From positions 2,100,297 through 2,164,296 of the forward strand of contig CBDCYU010000003.1 in assembly GCA_965224345.1 (NCBI GenBank): a stretch of DNA of 64,000 nucleotides, read 5' to 3'. Within the stretch, counting starts at the first letter, position 1. Every line of letters begins with the position of its first letter. The position numbers were made by a program, and so were the translations under genes. The DNA is from Dehalococcoidia bacterium. Lineage in GTDB: Bacteria > Chloroflexota > Dehalococcoidia > Lucifugimonadales > CBDCYU01. Under the pieces are notes generated by a model. The model saw nothing but the letters and a program-made list of their open reading frames with translations, did not search any database and was not told where the DNA came from. Positions 8,626 through 15,650 of the stretch are shown here, piece after piece.

Positions 8626-9824
8626 GGATACTCTGAACAAGTTCTGGTGTGTTGTGGCATAGTACTATGCCATACACAAAGCAGAGATGTTTGGGGTGAA
8701 GACACGATGGACCAGCCAACATTTGCCGACTTGGAGTACGAGAGCAAGAAGCGCAAGACCCGGCGGGAGATATTCCTGGAGCGCATGGACGGTCTGATCC
8801 CTTGGGAACAGCTCGTAGAACGCATCCGCCCGTTCTATCCCAAGGGCAGGCCGGGGCCGGCGACCCTATGAGTTGTCTGTGATGCTGCGGATTCACTGCG
8901 TGCAGATGTTCTACAACCTTAGTGATCCTGGTATGGAGGACATGCTCTACGAGGTCGAGTCGGTGAGACGGTTCGTAGGGTTGAGGCTGTCGGGCCCGCT
9001 CCCGGACGAGACGACGGTCCTGAACTTCCGCCATCTGCTGGAAGAGCACGAGTTGGGACAGGGTCTGTTCGAGGAGATCAACCGTCATCTGGAGTCCCAG
9101 GGGCTGCGGCTTCGGGAGGGAACGATCGTGGACGCGAGCATCATTGAGGCGCCATCGTCAACGAAGAATCGTGCAGGTAAGCGAGACCCTGAGATGCGTC
9201 AGACGAAGAAGGGGAATGAGTGGCACTTCGGGATGAAGGTACACGTCGGTGCGGACGCTGAGACGGGAGTAGTACATAGCGTAAGAACGACACCTGCGAA
9301 CGTTCATGACGTGACGGAGGCTCACCGGCTGCTGCACGGTGGAGAGAAACGGGTGTGGGGCGATGCGGGGTATCAGGGAGTCGACAAGCGATTGGAGAAT
9401 CGCGAGTTGGATGTGGACTGGCAGGTAGCGATGAGACCCGGGAGACGTCGGCAGCTGGAGCCGGGAAGCTATGAGGCGCTTATGGAGAAGCGCAAGGCGT
9501 CGACCAGGGCGAAGGTGGAGCATCCGTTCCTGTACGTGAAGCGGCACTTCGGATACGCCAAGGTGCGTTACCGAGGGTTGGCAAAGAACACGCAACGACT
9601 GATGTTGCTACTGGGGATGACGAACTTGATAAGGGCGGAGCAGTACTTGGCAGCCTGACGAGGGCGAAGTGCGCCCAAGCTGGACAAACGAACGTAGATA
9701 CGCCTTAGCAGAGCCGTTTCAGGACCACAAGACCTCATCGACACACGGTAGGAGGAAGAAACACCTCGGACAGTCCACTTACTGTCCATCACATACGAGA
9801 TACCCTCAGTTGTTCAGACCTTCC
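8626..9824 (+). mobile_element. IS5-family (IS5-group) insertion sequence, 1199 bp, nested in the IS427-like element
   Basis: The IRs are GGATACTCTGAACAAG (8626-) and the reverse complement of the right end, GGAAGGTCTGAACAAC (-9824), very close to the E. coli IS5 ends. A perfect 4-bp CTAG target duplication lies at 8622-8625 and 9825-9828. Removing the element restores the outer transposase frame (AADAR|TAVTF). Confidence 0.85.
8707..9658 (+). pseudogene. IS5-group DDE transposase carrying a frameshift near 8845-8870
   Basis: MDQPTFADLEYESKKRKTRREIFLERMDGLIPWEQLVERIRPFYPK is in one frame. (A)GRGRRPYELSVMLRIHCVQMFYNLSDPGMED...DAGYQG...KVEHPFLYVKRHFGYAKVRYRGLAKN is in the next frame. This group normally has a single ORF, so the cause is either a genuine frameshift or a sequence error. 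Confidence 0.65.
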
Positions 9825-10288
9825 CTAGCATCCGCGGCAACCATATGAATCTTGGTGGTCCAACCGCCACGGGACTTGCCGATGGCCTGGGGTCCGTTTT
9901 TTTAACGCACCCGTACCATCGGGATGGACCTTGACGATGGTGCTGTCCATCGAAACCGCCTCGAGCTTGATTCGCACTATCTGCTCCCGTTGCAGATATT
10001 CGAATACCCGGTCTAGCACCCCATTCTTTGACCAACGGTTCATCCGCATGTATACAGTGTGCCAGTTGCCAAATCGAGGCGGCAACCCCCGCCACTTGCA
10101 GCCCTGCTCGGCGACATACAAGATGGCGTTGAGAACTTGCAGGTTCGGCAACTTGACGTTGCCACGTTGAACGGGAAGGATTGGTGCAATAAGTTGGTAC
10201 TGAGCTTCTGTGATTTCCATTCCCGGATTGTAACATGATCTGGTTAATTAGTGTGAACAGGCCCTAATCGGAACAGGGGTACAGGACG

Positions 10289-11080
10289 ATGGCAGACTTA
10301 CGAGACGGGTTACCGTACACCTGGGTGACGTGGCTGGCCAAGATACTCGCGGGCGACTCTTCCTGCGAGTGGGCCGCATGGTTCAGGGCCCGGCACGACC
10401 CGAACAGTTGGCAGAGGGTCTCCAAGCCCTCGCTCGACGCTTGGCACATCCGACACGCCGCCCTGCTCAGTCAGATCCAGGACGAGTGGCGCCAGCGGAA
10501 GTTCAGCTTGTGGCTTGAGGGCCAGAACTACTTCAAGTTGCGGGGGAGCTGCGAGGTCCTGGCCGGCAAGCCCGACATGATCGCCGTCAGGGACAGGATC
10601 GGCGTGGTTGTGGACGCCAAGACGGGGCGACCCAGCCCGGCCCACATCGCCCAGGTCATGCTCTACATGTACGCGGTCCCGAGGGCCCTGCCCCTGCACC
10701 GGGACATCACGTTCGACGGCCTCATCGTCTACGAGGACCATGAGGTCTACATCCCAGCTGTGGACGTCGACGATGCCTTCATCGACCGTGCAGTCTCGCT
10801 GATCCGGAGACTGTCGGCTGATGAGCCGCCCAGCAAGGCCCCCAGCGCATCGGAGTGCCGCTCTGCGACATCACCGAGGCCGGATTGCCCAGAGCGGGTG
10901 TCTCAGGCCCCGTCAGAGGTTACGACGGGCGACTTCCAGACAGACCGTGTTAGTGTCGGAGGATCGGGGAGGGTCCAGAAGCTCACGACGAATCCCGGCG
11001 TCAATATCCCCGTGTCGCTAAGTGGTTTCGGGCATTTGGGTCTTGACCCCCTGGCCCGAATGTGTGTAAATACCGGTTGA
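10289..11080 (+). CDS. PD-(D/E)xK nuclease, Cas4/RecB-like family
   Basis: The motifs are GKPDMIAV (D), VVVDAKTG (DxK) and IAQVMLYMY (QxxxY). There is an N-terminal Cys (DSSCEW) and C-terminal Cys residues (ECR...DCPER). The C-terminal ~60 residues look non-native, so the true stop is uncertain. Confidence 0.7.
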   Translation: MADLRDGLPYTWVTWLAKILAGDSSCEWAAWFRARHDPNSWQRVSKPSLDAWHIRHAALLSQIQDEWRQRKFSLWLEGQNYFKLRGSCEVLAGKPDMIAVRDRIGVVVDAKTGRPSPAHIAQVMLYMYAVPRALPLHRDITFDGLIVYEDHEVYIPAVDVDDAFIDRAVSLIRRLSADEPPSKAPSASECRSATSPRPDCPERVSQAPSEVTTGDFQTDRVSVGGSGRVQKLTTNPGVNIPVSLSGFGHLGLDPLARMCVNTG

Positions 11081-11186
11081 CAGATGCCGCTCTCGTATGG
11101 TAGTGTGCCGCCCCACAGGAGTAGAACGTACATTCCATTCAGGAGGCGAGTTATTCGGACAGTGAAAGCTGGTCAGGAGGTACGCC

Positions 11187-11792
11187 ATGCTTGATTCTCG
11201 ACACGTTGCAAATGAGTTCATCCGGCTTTCAGAGGAGCGGGGCTCCTCACTCACACACATGCAGATCCAGAAGCTGGTCTACTTTGCTCATGCCCGCATG
11301 TTGAGCCTACATGGGGAGCCACTCTTAGCCCAGAAGTTTGAGGCGTGGAAGCTCGGGCCGGTGATCCGCACGTTGTATGATGCGCTCAAGGACAACGGCC
11401 CAATGCGGGTGAAGGCAGCCATCCCGATGGCTATGCCAGCCGGTCTGTCCACGAGGGAGAAAGACACTATCGCCTGGGCCTTTGCCAAGTACCGCCAATT
11501 GGGCGGTCAGGAGCTATCTAAACTGACTCACGCCCCAGACGCACCGTGGTATAACGCAAAGAATGAGAGCTCGCTCTCGAACCCCATCATCGATAATGAC
11601 CTTATCGGACAGTACTACTGGGCCGAGTGGCAGGAAGATCTTGAAGTGGAGCGGGAGCGACTACGCGATGACCCGGAGGTACAGGCTGCGATCGCCGAGG
11701 GGTTCACGCAACTTGACTGCGGCGAGAGCCACTCTGCAAGCTCGCCAGAGGAACTCCAGGAGTTAGTCGCCTCACGTGCAAGATCACGCTAG
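11187..11792 (+). CDS. Panacea-domain (DUF4065, SocA/GepA-like) protein, predicted antitoxin (PanA-like)
   Basis: THMQIQKLVYFAHARMLSLHGEPLLAQKFEAWKLGPVIRTLYDALK matches the DUF4065 core (KLxYf...AWxxGPV...Y). A GGAGG RBS precedes the start. The 3' end overlaps the next ORF by 17 nt. Confidence 0.8.
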   Translation: MLDSRHVANEFIRLSEERGSSLTHMQIQKLVYFAHARMLSLHGEPLLAQKFEAWKLGPVIRTLYDALKDNGPMRVKAAIPMAMPAGLSTREKDTIAWAFAKYRQLGGQELSKLTHAPDAPWYNAKNESSLSNPIIDNDLIGQYYWAEWQEDLEVERERLRDDPEVQAAIAEGFTQLDCGESHSASSPEELQELVASRARSR

Positions 11793-12048
11793 GCTTATAC
11801 TCTCAACCGGCGTTCAGTCCTTCTTGGCGTCATGTGGCGACTACATTGACGCCATAGCCGCGTTGTTTTCCCTACTCACTGACCCCGATGTAGACTATCA
11901 CATCAAGTTCCCTCTGGACGAACGCCACCCGTACGTACCAACGGGGACGAGGGAACTGATAGATGACAGCTGGCACATCCTCTATCGGGTCGACGGCGCT
12001 GGTAACGTCTTCGTAGCCTACATGAACCGTCGGACAGCCCCAGCTTAG
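11776..12048 (+). CDS. small RelE/ParE-fold-like protein, predicted toxin partner
   Basis: This 90-aa ORF has a GTG start overlapping the upstream stop. Its C-terminal pattern SWHILYRVDGAGNVFVAYMNRR resembles the RelE/ParE W.I.Y.V....V.V..I..R strand pair. The assignment rests on pattern only. Confidence 0.55.
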   Translation: MQDHARLILSTGVQSFLASCGDYIDAIAALFSLLTDPDVDYHIKFPLDERHPYVPTGTRELIDDSWHILYRVDGAGNVFVAYMNRRTAPA

Positions 12049-12317
12049 CGTCGGTCGACCAGCCCTTCCAGCCAGTTGATGTGAAGGCGGTCCGGTTTCA
12101 GTGTGGCCACTGCTAGGGCGAGGTCGTCCAGGCGCTCCCGCGATACAAGGTGCCCTAGGATTGCCGCTCTGTGGGGAGTCGTGGGAAGTCCTGATGCGCA
12201 ACGGCTTCATGGACCCCAATCGAGTGCTTTCCCGCGCCATCCAGGATGTACTTCAGAACCAGAGTCTCCCCATGACCATCCGGTTCGAGATCGACGGTGA
12301 GGAGGCAGGTGGCTAGG

Positions 12318-13058
12318 ATGGGCGACCAGGACCACGAGAAAGTTGACTGTTCGGTATGCAATGCCAGCGGGATTACCTGGCAGCGCCGCAAGCCGCGTCT
12401 GTGCTCCTTCTGCGAAGGCGCGAGACAGTTGACACCTGACGAGTTGGCCAGCCGACTCAATAGGCTGGCAGGTGAGGTGTCCAGCCTGCCGGGCGCTGTC
12501 CACGACGAGCTTGACCGGTTCCAGAAGGCAGTGGGCGAGCAGGCGATCGACGCGGAAGAGCTGGAGAGGCAGTTCCTACTAGAGCGTGGCATCAAGGCCA
12601 AGCCGGGCATCGAGGAGCAACACCTGCTGCCCTATCAGGGAGGCGAGCTCTCAGAGGAGCAAGAGGAGCTGCAGGCCATCCTGAAGGCCGGTGAAGAGCG
12701 GAGGGCGCGGAGGGCAGCCGCGATCTCTCAGCTTGACGAGCAGGCCCGGCACGACGAGGAGCTGAAGGAGCGCTATGGTCCAGACCTGTACCGTCTCTAC
12801 AGGTCCGGTCGGATAAGCGAAGCCAAGGCCCACCTGTTGGTGGGCCCGGAAGACCTGACCCTGTTTCAACAGTGCGTCGACCAGGGTAATCTTGCCATGG
12901 TCGACGTGGGCTATGATTGCCAAGTTACGGATATCGCTGTTCTGATGGTCACTCAAATTCATTGCCTTCAAATGCGATCGTATATCCGCGGATGGGTTTG
13001 CAATTTCAGTCCACTCGTCATAAAATGGCGCTTCCGGTACGATACCAGTACGCACTGA
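12318..13058 (+). CDS. zinc-ribbon / coiled-coil hypothetical protein with a chimeric 3' end
   Basis: [18 protein letters not shown]...LCSFCEG gives a CxxC...CxxC pattern, followed by an E/R/Q-rich coiled coil. From about 12831 the frame runs through the antisense of a typA fragment ([29 protein letters not shown]...), which is unlikely to be native sequence. Confidence 0.45.
   Translation: MGDQDHEKVDCSVCNASGITWQRRKPRLCSFCEGARQLTPDELASRLNRLAGEVSSLPGAVHDELDRFQKAVGEQAIDAEELERQFLLERGIKAKPGIEEQHLLPYQGGELSEEQEELQAILKAGEERRARRAAAISQLDEQARHDEELKERYGPDLYRLYRSGRISEAKAHLLVGPEDLTLFQQCVDQGNLAMVDVGYDCQVTDIAVLMVTQIHCLQMRSYIRGWVCNFSPLVIKWRFRYDTSTH
12831..12982 (-). repeat. inverted duplicate of the typA 5' end (about 20 nt of leader plus codons 1-44)
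   Basis: Hand alignment to the reverse complement of 37050..37201 gives 145/152 identical. It encodes [44 protein letters not shown] (the genuine gene has T where this has I, and P where this has A). Confidence 0.9.
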
Positions 13059-13067
13059 GGTCTGCCG

Positions 13068-14012
13068 ATGCCGAAGAGAAGGCGTGTTCGCCGATACGAC
13101 CTCTACGCTGACGGTCACGAAACCGTCAAAAGGCCCTCGTCTGTACGCGGGGCGAAGCCCCTGCACGACCCCCCGAGTATTGGCACGGAAAGCCGCATCA
13201 GGTACTTCCGGGAGAACCTCTACCCCTACCGCAACCGCATGAGCTACGACGAGTACTACGACCAGAAGTTCCCTCTACAGGTGGAGATGGTCAAGCTCCA
13301 GAACTGGATCAAAGACGCCGGGGAGCGGATGATCATACTGTTCGAGGGGCGCGACGCGGCTGGCAAAGGCGGCACCATCCGCCGCTTCATGGAGCACTGG
13401 AACCCTCGGAGCGCGCGCGTGGTCGCCTTGGACAAGCCTTCGGAAGTGGAGCAGGGACAGTGGTACTTCCAGCGCTACATCAGCCACTTCCCGTCGTCCG
13501 GCGAGATCGTCCTGTTCGACCGGTCCTGGTACAACCGCGCCGGTGTCGAGCGGGTGATGGGCTTCTCCACCGACAGAGAGTACAGGATGTTCATGCAGCA
13601 GGTGCCGGTCTTGGAGAGGATGGTCGTCGAAAGCGGCATCCACCTCATCAAGCTGTACTTCTCCGTCAGCCGGAAGGAGCAGCTCCGGCGTTTCAAGAAG
13701 CGCGCCAAGGACCCCCTCAAGCAGTGGAAGATCAGCCCCGTCGACCTGCTATCCAAGGACAAGTGGAGCGAGTACACGGAGGCGAAGGAGGCTATGTTCC
13801 TCCTGACCGACATCGCCGGAGCGCCGTGGACGATCATCAAGTCCGACGACAAGATGCGGGCGAGGATCAACGCCATGCGCCACGTTCTCAGCTTGATGGA
13901 CTACGAGGGGAAGGATACCTCGGTCGCTCACGCCCCGGACCCTTCCATCGTCGCCTACACGAGGGAGATATACACCGCGGGCTCCCCCCTGGTAGAGCCT
14001 GCCCTCGTCTAG
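13068..14012 (+). CDS. ppk2: polyphosphate kinase 2
   Basis: The PPK2 core is [18 protein letters not shown] (Walker A-like), followed by [36 protein letters not shown] and a lid region. The N-terminal ~50 residues may be an over-extension. Confidence 0.9.
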   Translation: MPKRRRVRRYDLYADGHETVKRPSSVRGAKPLHDPPSIGTESRIRYFRENLYPYRNRMSYDEYYDQKFPLQVEMVKLQNWIKDAGERMIILFEGRDAAGKGGTIRRFMEHWNPRSARVVALDKPSEVEQGQWYFQRYISHFPSSGEIVLFDRSWYNRAGVERVMGFSTDREYRMFMQQVPVLERMVVESGIHLIKLYFSVSRKEQLRRFKKRAKDPLKQWKISPVDLLSKDKWSEYTEAKEAMFLLTDIAGAPWTIIKSDDKMRARINAMRHVLSLMDYEGKDTSVAHAPDPSIVAYTREIYTAGSPLVEPALV

Positions 14013-14287
14013 CCCGGAAGCACGCCCTCGCCGGTGAAGAGACGCTCGCCCTCCTCGAGGGTGATGTCAGGTTCGGGAAGCACCAGGTCCGACTCGACTA
14101 TCTCGTCGAGCGGGACCTCCGTCCCGTTCTCCCTCACCAGGTCCAGCATCTCCTTCAGGAGGCGGTCGAAACCCTCGCGGTCTCCGTCCTCGACGACCTC
14201 CACCAAACGGTTATCGATTTCGTTGAGCCGGTCGACGTAGGCGCCTGGAAGGTTGTACTGTCCCTCGGTGAGAATGCGAACGATCAT
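14009..14287 (-). CDS. PspA-associated protein PspAA
   Basis: MIVRILTEGQYNLPGAYVDRLNEIDNRLVEVVEDGD...[27 protein letters not shown] matches the family that sits immediately downstream of pspA in actinobacterial-type Psp loci. It shares a 4-nt overlap with pspA. Confidence 0.7.
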   Translation of the reverse strand: MIVRILTEGQYNLPGAYVDRLNEIDNRLVEVVEDGDREGFDRLLKEMLDLVRENGTEVPLDEIVESDLVLPEPDITLEEGERLFTGEGVLPG

Positions 14288-15096
14288 CGCCCGCCCTCCG
14301 AAGGTCCCCTGTTGCCCCCGGAAGGCGCCTGTGTCCTGAAGACCGCCAGCTCGTCTTCGACGCTCTGAGACCCGCCCGCCGGAAGCGCTTTTGGGGCCCC
14401 GGAAGGCGCCTGTGTCCTGAGGGCCGCCAACTCGTTTTCGACGTTCTGAGACGCGGCGATGGCCGCCAGCTCCTTGCCCAGGGGGTCGCTGCGTCCCGAG
14501 AAGTCATCCAGCATACCGAGCTCGGCCAGCTCGTCGATGGCGCCGGACTTGGCTCTCAGGGCCTCGGTCTTCTGCTCGGCCCGCTCGACTGCCAGGGAGA
14601 CGTCTCCCATCTCTTCCGAGATGCCGGAGAGGGCTCCGCCAATGCGCACCTGCGCTTGGGCCGCGCTGTACTGGGCCTTGATGACCTCTTTCTTGTTGCG
14701 GAACGCCTCTACCTTCACCTGGAGACGCCGCTCCGCGTTGGTCAGCTTCTCCTGCTCCAGCTCCATGTTGGCGATCTGGTCGTCCAGCCCTTCGAGCTCG
14801 AACACTGCGGTCTGCTTCCGCTGGAGGGCCAACCTCGCCAGGTCCTCCCGGCCGGCCGCCATCGCCTGCCTCGCCTGGTTATCCACCAGGTCGATATTGT
14901 CCTTGACCTTGGCCGCCTGCAGCTGCAGCCGACGCTTGGCAGTCACCATCTCGACCACGCCGCGCTTAACGTCTCGCAGCATCTCCCGCTGCTTCTCGTA
15001 GGCGTAGTCCAGGTTCTCCGCCGGATTCTCCGCATCGTCCACGATACGGTTCATCTTGGCTTTGACGACGGTGGACATCCTCGAAAGTATTCCCAT
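14284..15096 (-). CDS. pspA: PspA/IM30 family protein
   Basis: MGILSRMSTVVKAKMNRIVDDAENPAENLDYAYEKQREMLRDVKRGVVEMVTAKRRLQLQ... is the canonical PspA/Vipp1 coiled-coil N-terminus. The C-terminal tail is duplicated. Confidence 0.9.
   Translation of the reverse strand: MGILSRMSTVVKAKMNRIVDDAENPAENLDYAYEKQREMLRDVKRGVVEMVTAKRRLQLQAAKVKDNIDLVDNQARQAMAAGREDLARLALQRKQTAVFELEGLDDQIANMELEQEKLTNAERRLQVKVEAFRNKKEVIKAQYSAAQAQVRIGGALSGISEEMGDVSLAVERAEQKTEALRAKSGAIDELAELGMLDDFSGRSDPLGKELAAIAASQNVENELAALRTQAPSGAPKALPAGGSQSVEDELAVFRTQAPSGGNRGPSEGGR
14316..14452. repeat. 81-bp-period tandem duplication inside the pspA 3' end
   Basis: ccccggaaggcgcctgtgtcctga...ctcgt.ttcgacg.tctgagac occurs twice, starting at 14316 and 14397. 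It encodes ...E(N/D)ELA(A/V)(L/F)RTQAPSG... twice. Confidence 0.85.
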
Positions 15097-15147
15097 CTTG
15101 CTGCCCCCTCTCAGCTGAACGCCCCCCAGCAGGGAGCGCGCGTACGG

Positions 15148-15345
15148 CTAGAAGCCGTTTGATCTGCCTCGGTCGCCGCTAAACAGGGATATTAGCCCTA
15201 CGACCCCCAGAATCACCCCTAAAATGACCAAGATCCAGCCAATCACGTTCAGCAGCGCCGCCAAGAGGTCCCACTGTATGAGCAAACCGACGACTATCAG
15301 TAGTATCGCGGCAATGATGAGGCCACCGCCTCCTGCTCTCCTCAT
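15148..15345 (-). CDS. small integral membrane protein (two predicted TM helices)
   Basis: The 65-aa sequence is MRRAGGGGLIIAAILLIVVGLLIQWDLLAALLNVIGWILVILGVILGVVGLISLFSG. It lies upstream of and co-directional with pspA. Confidence 0.6.
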   Translation of the reverse strand: MRRAGGGGLIIAAILLIVVGLLIQWDLLAALLNVIGWILVILGVILGVVGLISLFSGDRGRSNGF

Positions 15346-15650
15346 GTCACCTCCTGCTCGATTCGCGGCTCCGCAGAGTACATTATCGCAGATGCGTCAA
15401 GAAAAAGCGCAGGGTAGATAGGTAGATAGAGACTCCAAACTACCTTTCGGCAGCCGCGCCGCGGCCCGGCGTGCCCCCCTTTCGTGGACACAGGGGCGAT
15501 GTTACACTCCCACCGTCACAGCAAATTGAAGCCACGGTGGGGTCGGCGCCCCGCTGCATCGTGAGGAGGCGCTTTGCGCGCACCCCTATCGGCCCAATTG
15601 TGGCTTGCTGCGGCAAGCAGTCACCTACGTGATGCCGTAAGGGGGCCTTC

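Larger units (their letters stand above)
8261..10220 (-). pseudogene. IS427-like DDE transposase, split by the nested IS (N-part 9829..10220, C-part 8261..8621)
   Basis: The N-part is MEITEAQYQLIAPILPVQRGNVKLPNLQVLNAILYVAEQGCKWRGLP... A -1 shift on A AAA AAA (7 T on the + strand, 9897-9903) continues as NGPQAIGKSRGGWTTKIHMVAADAR. The C-part resumes TAVTFSLSPGQAHDAPEGRKLL...MDRAYEGNETRQLALALGF...YKRRNEIERLFRRLKGFRRIFSRFEKLD. The N-terminal half of track ORF 8261..9088 is only antisense read-through of the inserted element. Confidence 0.8.
8248..10264 (-). mobile_element. IS5-family (IS427-like) insertion sequence, inactivated by a nested insertion
   Basis: The terminal inverted repeats are GGGCGTGTTCACACTAA (8248-8264) and the reverse complement of 10248-10264, GGGCCTGTTCACACTAA (16/17 identical). 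TA flanks both ends. The element is about 814 bp once the nested element and one CTAG copy are removed. Confidence 0.8.

Noticed and set aside
11077-11106. A TTGACA box with TATGGT/TAGTGT candidates upstream of the Panacea gene, as a possible promoter.
   Set aside because: The spacing to the better -10 (TATGGT) is only 13 nt, and the 18-nt alternative (TAGTGT) is weak. It is not reported as a feature.
12101-12316. A 71-aa ORF (or its 40-aa ATG-initiated core, MRNGFMDPNRVLSRAIQDVLQNQSLPMTIRFEIDGEEAGG) between the RelE-like gene and the zinc-ribbon gene.
   Set aside because: It has no RBS and no recognisable family, and it sits in a rearranged region. It could be a gene fragment, but I cannot support it as a feature.
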